A model generated the notes under the pieces. That model was not told the origin of the DNA. It did no database searches and saw only the letters and a list, made by a program, of their open reading frames with translations. The translations under genes and the position numbers were made by a program. A DNA stretch of 52,859 bases from an uncultured Gammaproteobacteria bacterium (GTDB taxonomy: Bacteria; Patescibacteriota; Patescibacteriia; Patescibacteriales; UBA12465): the NCBI GenBank assembly GCA_964473565.1, contig CAYYPI010000005.1, forward strand, positions 1-52,859, in the 5' to 3' direction. Of the stretch, positions 39,031-48,811 are shown one piece after another; position 1 is the first letter of the stretch, and each line of letters starts with the position of its first letter.

Positions 39031-39243
39031 CTAGCGATAACCTTTGCTACGCATGCAGTTTTCATAATAATCATCCATACTTATTCCTTGCATTGTTTGG
39101 GCGCTTTTTTCTGCTTTGCTAGCACAATTCCTAGCTGCTTGATAGGGGCGAAAACTAAACCAAAAAAAAGAGAAAATTAATATTATTAAAATTGTAACTA
39201 CAATGAATTTCTCTTTTTTAGAGAAAAAATCTAGTTTGTACAT
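39031..39243 (-). CDS. Small single-TM protein with a Cys pair
   Basis: TM helix, RP..A.RNC ... YENCMRSKG. Confidence 0.6.
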   Translation of the reverse strand: MYKLDFFSKKEKFIVVTILIILIFSFFWFSFRPYQAARNCASKAEKSAQTMQGISMDDYYENCMRSKGYR

Positions 39244-39421
39244 AGCATTATATTTATTATTAATTAAATTATTTCTAAACTTTAGCTTATCTATTTATAT
39301 TATATGCTACTTTAAAAAAAAGAAATAGTAACGATTAATCTATAAAGTCAATCTTTACAATCTCAATGGTAGGGGTATAATAATATAGGGCTTTATTAAT
39401 AATCATATTAACTTTTTTACT

Positions 39422-40468
39422 ATGGCTAGAATAACTGCAAAGGGATATTCTTTCAATGATGTCCTAATTGTACCTAAATACAACAAGATTGCTTCCAGGC
39501 GTGAAGTTAATTTTCAAACACAAGTCACTAAAAACTATAAAATAGATATACCAATAGTAGCAGCTAATATGGATACAATCTGTGAAAGTGAAATGGCTAT
39601 AGCTTTAGGAAAAATGGGTGGACTAGGTGTAATACATCGATTTTTAAGTATAGATCAGCAAGTAGGAGAAATTAAAAAAGTTAAAAAGCATAAACTAATT
39701 ACTGCAGCAGCAGTAGGTGTAAAAGATATTGAAGAGCGCGTAGATGCCTTAGCAAAAGCTGGGGTAAATATTTTAGTTTTAGACGTAGCTCATGGTCACT
39801 CCAAAAGAACTGGCAAAACTCTTGATTATATAAAGGAACGCTACCCAGAAATTGATGTCATGGTTGGGAATATTGCCACCAAAGATGCAGCTGAGTATTT
39901 TATTAGTAAAAGAGCTGACGCTATTAAAGTAGGAATAGGACCTGGTGCCATGTGCACCACTAGAGTTATGACAGGGGCTGGCATACCTCAAATCACAGCT
40001 ATTATGGATGTCTATGAAGCTAGTCAAAATAGAGTACCTATCTGTGCTGACGGAGGGATTAAATGTCCTGGAGACGTTGTTAAAGCAATTGGAGCTGGAG
40101 CTAACACTGTAATGATGGGCTCTTTACTTGCTGGTACTAAAGAAAGTCCTGGTAAAATAATTATTAAAGATAAAAAGAAATTTAAAGAGCATCGCGGTAT
40201 GGCTAGTTATCTAGCTACAATCAAGAGAATGCAAATGGATGGTAAAAAGGTAGAGAAAGATGTACATGTTGAAGGAGAAATGACACTAGCTTTATATCAA
40301 GGACCAATCGCTCCAGTTATTAATAAATTCTTAGGAGGCTTAGCCTCAGGTATGACTTACACCGGCTCTAAAATTATTGATAATCTAAGAGGAAAGGCTG
40401 ACTTTATTGAAATTAGCTCAGCAGGATACAATGAGAGCATTGCTCATGGAATAATAAATAAATTATAA
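39422..40468 (+). CDS. IMP dehydrogenase/GMP reductase family protein without CBS domains (probably GMP reductase)
   Basis: [40 protein letters not shown]. Confidence 0.85.
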   Translation: MARITAKGYSFNDVLIVPKYNKIASRREVNFQTQVTKNYKIDIPIVAANMDTICESEMAIALGKMGGLGVIHRFLSIDQQVGEIKKVKKHKLITAAAVGVKDIEERVDALAKAGVNILVLDVAHGHSKRTGKTLDYIKERYPEIDVMVGNIATKDAAEYFISKRADAIKVGIGPGAMCTTRVMTGAGIPQITAIMDVYEASQNRVPICADGGIKCPGDVVKAIGAGANTVMMGSLLAGTKESPGKIIIKDKKKFKEHRGMASYLATIKRMQMDGKKVEKDVHVEGEMTLALYQGPIAPVINKFLGGLASGMTYTGSKIIDNLRGKADFIEISSAGYNESIAHGIINKL

Positions 40469-40497
40469 TTAAAAAAAGAGGTTTATCAAAAGGATAG

Positions 40498-40529
40498 AAA
40501 AAAGGTGCAATTTTATTTGCACCTTTTTT
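40498..40529. terminator. Bidirectional intrinsic terminator
   Basis: AAAAAAGGTGCAA-TTTTAT-TTGCACCTTTTTT between convergent genes. Confidence 0.8.
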
Positions 40530-40555
40530 ATATAATACAAGATAAAATTATAAAC

Positions 40556-41650
40556 CTAATTGTTAGATTCTAAATGCTTATTGAAAAAATCAATAGTTCT
40601 CTGCCAAGCTAAAGATGAATTCTGAGTAATATTGTGATCATCTCCTTGATACTCGTGGTACTCTACAACTTTACCCTCTTCTTCTAGTGCTTCTTTTAAA
40701 CTTATAGATAACTCCAATGGCACAACTTCATCTCCAGTAGCTTGCTGAATTTCTATAGGCGCAGAAATATATTCTAAATAATTATGAGCTTCTAATTCAT
40801 TCCAAAACTCAGGATTTTCACTAGGTAGACCATTTTCTTGAATCAAGTTATGACTAAGGTCTTGCAAAAAAGGAATATCATCATTATATGTCTCTAACAT
40901 TTCTTTATATGTGCTAACAACTCCTGCCCAAAAAGAATAGGCTTTAATATCTTCTGTTATTAATGCAACCTTAAGACCAATCTCTCCTCCATTTGAATGC
41001 CCCCAATAAGCAAGTCTTTCTTGATCAACATCTTCATAATTCTTTAAATACTTAATAGCATTCATAGTATCAATTATATACTTTTCAGAAAAATGAGCAC
41101 TTACGGCTTCTCCCTCTGAATCATCATGGCCTCTTAAATCAGGTTTATAGGTCACAAAACCTGCTCTAGCTAAAGCAGCTTGATATGTAGGGTAGCTATT
41201 TATTGTTGAGTACTCATCAGGAGGGATATAGCCATGGACAAACATAATCGCTGGGAAACCATCTTCTGGCATCTCCATAAGTGGCACAGTTAATAGTCCA
41301 TCAATCTCCAAACCTTCTGACTGATAACTTGCAATGTATCTTTTATAATTATAACCATCTTCCAGCTCTTCTTTAATTGTAAAATCACCTCCTTGATAGT
41401 TATTATTTCTAAGTGCTTCTATAGACATGGGATGAGGACTCTTAGAATTAAGCTCTATGTATTCAGTATTATCTTTCTGCTTTAATGAATTAGACTCATT
41501 AGACGAGTTCTTATCTAGACTTGAGTTATTTACGCTTAAATTTTCATTATTTTCTGAATTATTTAAATACTTATTGAAAATAAAGAAACTGAGTATCAGT
41601 ATTAAAATAAAAGATAATATTATTAATAATATTTTGTGTTTATGTTTCAT
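40556..41650 (-). CDS. Membrane-anchored alpha/beta hydrolase (S9 peptidase-like)
   Basis: N-terminal TM; HGY, DLRGH, GHSNGG nucleophile elbow, DEVVP, DDHN. Confidence 0.88.
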   Translation of the reverse strand: MKHKHKILLIILSFILILILSFFIFNKYLNNSENNENLSVNNSSLDKNSSNESNSLKQKDNTEYIELNSKSPHPMSIEALRNNNYQGGDFTIKEELEDGYNYKRYIASYQSEGLEIDGLLTVPLMEMPEDGFPAIMFVHGYIPPDEYSTINSYPTYQAALARAGFVTYKPDLRGHDDSEGEAVSAHFSEKYIIDTMNAIKYLKNYEDVDQERLAYWGHSNGGEIGLKVALITEDIKAYSFWAGVVSTYKEMLETYNDDIPFLQDLSHNLIQENGLPSENPEFWNELEAHNYLEYISAPIEIQQATGDEVVPLELSISLKEALEEEGKVVEYHEYQGDDHNITQNSSLAWQRTIDFFNKHLESNN

Positions 41651-41793
41651 ATTTTTATTTTTTAATAATTATTAATTAACTATATAAAAAGTTATGATTA
41701 AAATGTATATATAATAATTTTAACAATTTTTGTAATTTATAACAATTTAGTTCAAGATTTATTTAAGAAAATAATTATTAAAACTAATTAAAA

Positions 41794-41821
41794 AAAAATA
41801 TAGTATTTAAACTATATTTTT
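41794..41821 (-). terminator. Possible terminator at the left edge of the island
   Basis: AAAAATATAGT-ATTTAA-ACTATATTTTT inverted repeat. Confidence 0.45.
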
Positions 41822-41997
41822 ATTAATGCACTCCGTTCGTGTATAGAACTCCGCTTTCAAGAGGCTTTCAATGGTTCTTGAGATTTTTCCATGGGCTTGT
41901 GAGTATGATTATATTCTATTAGAAATGAGACAAATGTAATACTATAAATGAATATAATTTTCTCAAATTGACAAATATTACTTTTATAATATTAGCT

Positions 41998-42432
41998 CTA
42001 ATACCTTCTTTTTCGACCTTTACTGCGACCGCCTCCTCTGTTATTAAGTATTCTAAGCTCTGGCCAGAAACCAATAACATGAAGAAATAATCCAGTCGAA
42101 GCAAATACAACAAAGTGAATTATATATGGCCAAATCATGCAATAAATATTCTCATCAAATATTTTTTCAAAAACTAATAATAAAATGGTTTGAAACCCTA
42201 AAAAAGTTCCACTACCTACGAAAGAATTAAAACCAGGAGAGAAACCATTAGCAGAATTATAATGAGACGTTCCATTTCTCGTTGAAAACTCATAAACAAC
42301 CCAAATACCCAAAACCAACACCACTAATATCCACTTCCATGGCCACAAATAAAAAATTATCTGCCATATATAAGAAGATATCGAAGATGCAGTTGGTATA
42401 GCTAGTGCTTGGCAAATCTCTTTTATTAACAT
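41998..42432 (-). CDS. Hypothetical membrane protein with basic C-terminal tail
   Basis: About three hydrophobic segments; starts 3 nt after the upstream stop. Confidence 0.65.
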   Translation of the reverse strand: MLIKEICQALAIPTASSISSYIWQIIFYLWPWKWILVVLVLGIWVVYEFSTRNGTSHYNSANGFSPGFNSFVGSGTFLGFQTILLLVFEKIFDENIYCMIWPYIIHFVVFASTGLFLHVIGFWPELRILNNRGGGRSKGRKRRY

Positions 42433-42435
42433 TTT

Positions 42436-43239
42436 TTATAAATATATATCAATTAATTTTTCTCCATCCCATTTTGTAAAACACTTAACTATCTTTTCTT
42501 TTATAATTGGCAATTTGTTACTTACCTCTTTGAAAACCTGTTGTAAATCATCAATATCATATGTAGAGTCGTGTAGATAAAAAATAAGGATATCAGCCTT
42601 CTCTATTTGATTATCCTTGTCTTTAATTTTTCTAACAATCAGATTCTTAAGATGTTCTGCCGGAATCCAACCGACTAATACCTGTCCTATTAAGGCTGTT
42701 TTGTTTTTATTGTTTATATCTTGAACTACTTTAATTTTAATATTTTCTCCATCATAGTCACTAATACCTCTATTTTCTAATTCTTCAACTTCTTTAAAGG
42801 CTCCATCTATTTTATTAAAATTTTTTATCTCAAACTCAACCGCCTTCCCACTTGAAATATTTTCCAATCTACCCCATAAGGCACTATACTTTTTTTCAAA
42901 ATTTTTTAATAATATACTTTTTATTTCAATATTTTTATTATCACTATTTTTGCACAAAATTAAATCATTATTTTCCTCTTTAGAAAAAACAGCAAAGTCA
43001 CGATCAGATAAATCTTTATTAATTAAATATAAAGAATGTAATTCTGCATACAAAGAATACCACTCGTTTTCCGTGCTATTCTTCTGATACTTATTTAATC
43101 TAGATATAAATTTATTTCTATCATCATTGGTCCTGTGATATTGCCACAATCTATCAATTAAAATACTTAGTCCATGTTTATTGCAATATTCAGGAGCATT
43201 ATCTATGAAATTTTTCTTTAAATCTTCAAATTTTGTCAT
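42436..43239 (-). CDS. Hypothetical protein, possible PD-(D/E)XK nuclease fold
   Basis: AEL helix followed by NDLIL...NIEIKS (E...D...ExK pattern). Confidence 0.5.
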   Translation of the reverse strand: MTKFEDLKKNFIDNAPEYCNKHGLSILIDRLWQYHRTNDDRNKFISRLNKYQKNSTENEWYSLYAELHSLYLINKDLSDRDFAVFSKEENNDLILCKNSDNKNIEIKSILLKNFEKKYSALWGRLENISSGKAVEFEIKNFNKIDGAFKEVEELENRGISDYDGENIKIKVVQDINNKNKTALIGQVLVGWIPAEHLKNLIVRKIKDKDNQIEKADILIFYLHDSTYDIDDLQQVFKEVSNKLPIIKEKIVKCFTKWDGEKLIDIYL

Positions 43240-43259
43240 AATAATAATTCAATAAGAAA

Positions 43260-43847
43260 ATGCTTTTGAAAATATTGTCCGATTTAATTTCAAAAGAAGA
43301 AACACGATCCACCACCTTCATGTTTTTTTAAAAGTTTCCTTCGCCTTAGAAAAATTTATTTCCTTACTTTTATTCACCACCACATTTCTTGCTTTATCAC
43401 AATCAATGCAAAACTTATTCCACAGATTACCATCTTCTTCAAACAGATTTTTACCAGTTATTTCTTTTAACACTTTATTCAACCTCTCTTTAGTTCAACA
43501 TTTTTTTATTAATATCTTTTCTATATCAAGATCTGCCAATCCTAGATTTGTGTAACCTTAATAGATAAATGATTCTAGAAATATCTTCAATAATTGATAT
43601 ATTTTTACAATTTTCTTTCAACCGCAATCTAGAAAGTTTATCGATTATCTTATTATAAATTTAGAATCATCTAAACTAAGCGCCATGTAATTCAAGGTAA
43701 AATATATAAAAAACCATAATTATCTGATAAAGCAACTTCAACAGCTGTGACTAAATCAACTAATATTAAAATAAATCAAAAATAAAAGAAAAAAAATGCG
43801 TAAGAATTTAAATAATAAATTAGCTCTAATAAATAAAAAACTAACAT
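43260..43847 (-). pseudogene. Decayed gene resembling a HEPN-domain protein
   Basis: Broken frames give LVDLVTAVEVALSD and LNKVLKEITGKNLFEEDGNLWNKF...KARNVVVNK..EI...KAKE with several stops and frameshifts. Confidence 0.45.
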
Positions 43848-43856
43848 TAAGCTAAA

Positions 43857-44414
43857 TTACTTCATTATTTTTAACTCTTTCCTAATATCTAAATAATCTG
43901 GTAACTTGCTTGAAACTAATTTCCAAAATTTATTTGAATGATTAAATTCTTTCAAATGACACAACTCATGAATAACAATATATTCCGCCATTTTATTCTG
44001 TAAATAAACTATTTTGTAATTAATATTTATATTACCTTTTTTCGAACAACTCCCCCATCTGGTCTTCTGATTCTTGATTTTTATATTGTTTATTCTAAAC
44101 TCATTATTTTTATTATATTTTTTAACAATATCCTCTACAATTTTATAAGCCTTATCTTTTTTCTTAAAAAAATCATCATCAGATAAATTATTGAATGCTT
44201 TATTTTTGTGATCATTAAAATAGCTTATTTTTTTAAGCAACCAATTTCCCTTTTCTTTTAAAAATTTTTCAACAATATTTTCATCAGCTGTGCTCGGTAA
44301 AGTCACAACAACGCTTGCATCGCAATACACAGCCACCCGAAGTCTTTTGGCTCGTTGGCTTTTTCTTATTTTATAATCAATTTTCTTATCATTAATTTTA
44401 ATCCTCCTGCTCAT
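43857..44414 (-). CDS. M48/SprT-like (YgjP, DUF45) metallopeptidase-family protein
   Basis: QKTRWGSCS, YIVIHELCHL.EFNHS..FW (HExxH); usual position after hsdR. Confidence 0.9.
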   Translation of the reverse strand: MSRRIKINDKKIDYKIRKSQRAKRLRVAVYCDASVVVTLPSTADENIVEKFLKEKGNWLLKKISYFNDHKNKAFNNLSDDDFFKKKDKAYKIVEDIVKKYNKNNEFRINNIKIKNQKTRWGSCSKKGNININYKIVYLQNKMAEYIVIHELCHLKEFNHSNKFWKLVSSKLPDYLDIRKELKIMK

Positions 44415-44415
44415 A

Positions 44416-47322
44416 TTAGAACTTTTTAATAATTACATCTACCAATCTGTTCAAATATTTATTAAAATCAGTGATTTTAATTTTATTCTTGTAATCAATT
44501 AGAATTATTACTTGCAAAACCTTTTTTATTTCTTTTATAAACTGCTCTCTCTTTGATGATTCCTGCCAATCCTTATCTAGAACATTTTCAAGTCTTTTAG
44601 TCATTTCTCTTATAAATTTAATAATCTCCTTTTGATTATCATTTTCAATATACTCACCAGAAACAACATATAAACCATACTCCTTTAAATTCATACCTAG
44701 CTCTTTTGCTTCCTCACTTTTTGATTTAATATCATTAAGTAGATTATAATATCTTTTAACCCTCTCGGCTAAATCAATTTGATTCTTTTCAAACTCGTTC
44801 CTGATGGTAGACAGCCTTTCACTAAACTTTTTAAAAACTGGGTTGTCATCAATATTGGCGCTTATTTCTTGTTTTAACATCTTCTCCAAGTTTAATGCTT
44901 TCTCCTCATCATCCATCTTATCTAGTCTTTCAAGCGTATACAAATCATTAACTTTAAGCTCTCTGAAATTCTTAGTTATACCCTCATAATCAATCTCATC
45001 TTGAATTATCTTTTTTACTTTTTCACCATATTCTGATAATAATGCCATATCATTATCAATTGCTCTAAATTCTTTCGCAAAAGCTAAATAAAAACTTGTG
45101 ATCCACTCAAACTTTCGTAAATACTTTTTTAAAAATGGATCGGGAGAAAGTATCTCAAATAATAATTTTAATTTACTATACTTGTTAGCGAAATATACTT
45201 GTTTGTCCTGATTATCAATAAAGATTTTCAAACATCTTCTCAGATTATCCATTGATGGATCCTCAATATTTATATTAACAAATACATCCATTACATCTTC
45301 TAAAATTCTCTTAAAATCTTTCTTCATTATATCCAAGTCAATCATTGCTGAATCAACAATGTTTTCATCAAAATTCAATGCATCATACAGATTTTTTGTA
45401 ATACCATAATAATCAATAATTTTCCCGCACCCCTTATTTGGATATACTCTATTGGTTCTAGCGATTGCTTGAAGCAAATTATGATCACGGAGTGGTTTAT
45501 CTAAATACATCACTTGCTCAATCGGAGCATCAAAGCCAGTCAAAAGCATATCACAAACCAATAAAAATTTTAATGGATGGTTTGTGTCCTTAAAATTCAC
45601 AATTATTTTTTCCCTTTCTTTTTTATTTGTATTATATTTTTTTAAATCATCTCCATCGCTGTTTCTATCTCCCGGAGAATATACAACAGCAGTCCATTCC
45701 TTTGGCACTAATCTATCGAAGTAGTCTTTATATTTTGCAGTCGCTTCTCTGTCGTAGCAAACTACTTGTGCTTTAAAGCCATTTGGCTCTACATACAACT
45801 TATAATGCTCGATGATATCTCTCGCTATTGCCTCCATTCTCTTTTCCAATTTCACAATGACCTCTTTCTTTCCATACTTCTTTGTTAATTCTTGTTTCTG
45901 TTTATCATCTAAATCTCTGGTCAATTCATCAAATTGCTGATCAAGCTTATCTTCATCAATAAAAAATTTGGAAAGACGTGCTTCGTAGGTCACTGGCAAG
46001 GTCGCACCATCGTCAATTGCCTCTTGTATGGAATAATAATCCAAATATCTCTCCCCTTCTTCTCCAAAATTTCTATGAGTATTCAAGGTTACCTTATCAA
46101 TAGGGGTACCAGTAAAGCCAAAGAAAAAAGCATTTTGCATTGTATCTCTCAAATTTATAGCAGACACCCCCTCATTATCTCGATGAGCTTCATCTGATAA
46201 AACAATAATGTTTTCATCCAAATTTTTTATATCATTACCTAATTCGGAAAACTTTTGTATTGTTGAAATAAATATGCCTCTTTCTGGAGATTTAATTTTC
46301 TTTTCTAAATCCTTTCTTGATTCAATTCTTGTCACATTCTGTCCTCCGCAATTTATAAAGGTATCGTAAATTTGGTCATCAAGATCAATTCTGTCTACTA
46401 AAATAAAAACTTTAGGATTTTTTAAACTTTCATCAAATCTCAATTTCCAGGCAGAAAAAAACATAGTTAAACTTTTACCACTTCCTTGTGTATGCCAAAT
46501 AAGACCTCTTTTTTTACTTCCATCCACAACTCTTTCAACTATTTTATTTGTAGCTCTTATTTGTTGATATCTAGCGATTTTTTTAATAGTTTTCCCTTTT
46601 TCTTTTTCAAATACAATAAAATTTTTAATGACATCAAGCAACCTATCTGGAGACAATAATGCAATTAATGTGTTCTCTAATTCTTCATCATCTTTTCTCT
46701 GGTCTTCCTCTTTCCAATGATTAAAGAATTGCTTTGGCGAATATGTTGAGCCGTAAACAGTATTTAAGCCATCGGTTGAAATATTAAAACAATTTGGCAA
46801 AAACATTTTTCTAGCAACTCTTTCGTATCTTTTGATTTGATCAATTCCGTTTTCATAATTAACAGTTAAGGATATGGTCGGACTTTTTGCTTCAATATCA
46901 ACAATAGGCAATCCGTTTAAAAATAACATTATATCGGGTCTAATGTTTTCTGTATCTCCTTCAAAGTAAAATTGATTAGTAACAACAAAATGGTTATTTT
47001 CAATATTTTTAAAATCAACGATAAAATAATCCTTTTTTTTCTTTTCATTGGATGCTCTCATGTTGACGCCATATCTCATCAAATTTAAAAAACCTTCATT
47101 GGTATCAATCTTCTTTATCTCCCTATAAACCGATTCGGCGACATCCTCGTCTACATCATTGATCTTTTTTACAGCCTTAATAATTAATGGCTTTATCAAA
47201 TATTCATTTTCGAAATCCCGAAAACCAGAAAAATCTTCAGGCTTAATATTTTCATAACCCAATTTTTCCTTTAAAAATTTGATTATGTAATTTTCAACTG
47301 TAGCTTGCTCGTTAAATTTCAT
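44416..47322 (-). CDS. hsdR: Type I restriction enzyme R subunit
   Basis: RPDIMLFLNGLPIVDIEAK, QIKRY, WHTQGSGKS, DEAHR, FTGTP, MLLTGFDAP, QAIARTNR. Confidence 0.96.
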   Translation of the reverse strand: MKFNEQATVENYIIKFLKEKLGYENIKPEDFSGFRDFENEYLIKPLIIKAVKKINDVDEDVAESVYREIKKIDTNEGFLNLMRYGVNMRASNEKKKKDYFIVDFKNIENNHFVVTNQFYFEGDTENIRPDIMLFLNGLPIVDIEAKSPTISLTVNYENGIDQIKRYERVARKMFLPNCFNISTDGLNTVYGSTYSPKQFFNHWKEEDQRKDDEELENTLIALLSPDRLLDVIKNFIVFEKEKGKTIKKIARYQQIRATNKIVERVVDGSKKRGLIWHTQGSGKSLTMFFSAWKLRFDESLKNPKVFILVDRIDLDDQIYDTFINCGGQNVTRIESRKDLEKKIKSPERGIFISTIQKFSELGNDIKNLDENIIVLSDEAHRDNEGVSAINLRDTMQNAFFFGFTGTPIDKVTLNTHRNFGEEGERYLDYYSIQEAIDDGATLPVTYEARLSKFFIDEDKLDQQFDELTRDLDDKQKQELTKKYGKKEVIVKLEKRMEAIARDIIEHYKLYVEPNGFKAQVVCYDREATAKYKDYFDRLVPKEWTAVVYSPGDRNSDGDDLKKYNTNKKEREKIIVNFKDTNHPLKFLLVCDMLLTGFDAPIEQVMYLDKPLRDHNLLQAIARTNRVYPNKGCGKIIDYYGITKNLYDALNFDENIVDSAMIDLDIMKKDFKRILEDVMDVFVNINIEDPSMDNLRRCLKIFIDNQDKQVYFANKYSKLKLLFEILSPDPFLKKYLRKFEWITSFYLAFAKEFRAIDNDMALLSEYGEKVKKIIQDEIDYEGITKNFRELKVNDLYTLERLDKMDDEEKALNLEKMLKQEISANIDDNPVFKKFSERLSTIRNEFEKNQIDLAERVKRYYNLLNDIKSKSEEAKELGMNLKEYGLYVVSGEYIENDNQKEIIKFIREMTKRLENVLDKDWQESSKREQFIKEIKKVLQVIILIDYKNKIKITDFNKYLNRLVDVIIKKF

Positions 47323-47323
47323 A

Positions 47324-48340
47324 TTATTTTTTATTGGTTATTTCAAAAATATTGTAAACAAATTTATTTCCGTTTAATGTCTCGGACTTTGAATAATTAG
47401 GGATCACATTTATTATTAAATTATTAAGACGCAAAGCCTCTTTAGTTGTAAACATTCCAATTCCATCACCAGCCTCATTTTTAGCATTTACCCCTGAATA
47501 CCCTTCTTCAAATATTTTCTCAATTTCGTCTTTTTCAATTCTAATACTCATCATTTCAATCTTAATTAAAAAATCTTTTGCTGACAATTTCTCAAAATTA
47601 ATAAAGATCTCTGAATTTGGCTTAGTATATTTAACAGCGTTCTCAAAAAAATTGTACATAGCCAAATTAAATATTTTATAATCTAAAACAACTTTATTTT
47701 TTTTGGCATAATCATCCTTAATTAAAAATTTAACCTCAACCTCTTTTTGTTTTAAATCTTCAAAAAAAGGCTGCGATATTCTCAATAAAACTTTCTTTAC
47801 ATTATGTTCAATAAAATTGTAATCACCACTTTCATCAAGTGATAGAACATTAAAACACTCTATATGTGCATTTACATCAAAAATTCTTTTATTTAAGTAG
47901 CATATAACTTCTGCGGTTAAATCTATGTCGTTTGATATTTCATCTTTTACCTTTTGCTTAAAAGTATCATATCCATAACTGTGCGTTGTAACATTTTCAC
48001 TGATCAAGCTTTCCATTTTTTGTTTCATCTGGCCTTGAATATTCTTGAGGGTATGAGAATGACTTTTTATTTTATTTGTATAATATTCAAAAAAGATAGG
48101 TGACATTAAACCCAAAGCATTCAATGTTTTATTAAATAGTTTCTTGCTTACATAAAGATCGTCGTCGTTAACTGATATCAATCTTGTGATTATGTTACCA
48201 TCTTTTTTGACTCCGCTCCGTATTCTCTTACCTGATAAAATAATTTTTCCATCACCGGGAATTTTATCAATATTTTCACAATCGGTTATATTGGAAGACA
48301 ATATTCTATTGAAATTGTTTTTAATTTCAAAATAAATCAT
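47324..48340 (-). CDS. Soluble histidine kinase with unknown N-terminal domain
   Basis: H-box-like HTLKNI, N box NFFENAVKY, F box IFEEGYS, G2 box GDGIGM; no TM segment. Confidence 0.8.
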   Translation of the reverse strand: MIYFEIKNNFNRILSSNITDCENIDKIPGDGKIILSGKRIRSGVKKDGNIITRLISVNDDDLYVSKKLFNKTLNALGLMSPIFFEYYTNKIKSHSHTLKNIQGQMKQKMESLISENVTTHSYGYDTFKQKVKDEISNDIDLTAEVICYLNKRIFDVNAHIECFNVLSLDESGDYNFIEHNVKKVLLRISQPFFEDLKQKEVEVKFLIKDDYAKKNKVVLDYKIFNLAMYNFFENAVKYTKPNSEIFINFEKLSAKDFLIKIEMMSIRIEKDEIEKIFEEGYSGVNAKNEAGDGIGMFTTKEALRLNNLIINVIPNYSKSETLNGNKFVYNIFEITNKK

Positions 48341-48801
48341 TTTAATTTACTTATCTCTTCTGTAATTATTTTAATAAATTCATATGTATCAGAATTTTTT
48401 GCTAAATAATTATCAGCTGACTTAATGTCGTCTTTTAAACTAAATCTATTGTGCCCAGAATACAAAATTACTCTTTTTGAATCTTTGTAGGTATTTTTTA
48501 AAGATTTAATAATTCCAATGCCCTCCTCATTTTCTGATAAAGTTTTCCCAACACCTTTAAAATCCACAAAAATTATTTGAGCTCTTTTAACAACCTCATC
48601 TTCGATATTTTTTAAATCTTTAATTTTATCAACAACCCAACCAGCTTTTTTTAAATTTGAAACGATGGCAAAATCTTCATCATCGACAAAAAGAATATGC
48701 ACATTGGATTTGTCGTGTTTTTTATTTTTTCTCCAAAACAACAATAAATCTTTCAAGTTAAAATTATTATTTTCAAATTTAAAAAGATTAATTTCACTCA
48801 T
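48337..48801 (-). CDS. Stand-alone response-regulator receiver (REC) protein
   Basis: ILFVDDE, IIFVD (phosphoacceptor), ILYSG, YLAK; ATGA overlap with the kinase. Confidence 0.82.
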   Translation of the reverse strand: MSEINLFKFENNNFNLKDLLLFWRKNKKHDKSNVHILFVDDEDFAIVSNLKKAGWVVDKIKDLKNIEDEVVKRAQIIFVDFKGVGKTLSENEEGIGIIKSLKNTYKDSKRVILYSGHNRFSLKDDIKSADNYLAKNSDTYEFIKIITEEISKLK

Positions 48802-48811
48802 ATTATTAATT

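Noticed and set aside
41919-42113. 64-aa ORF overlapping the membrane protein gene
   Set aside because: Alternative frame of 41998-42432 with no independent support
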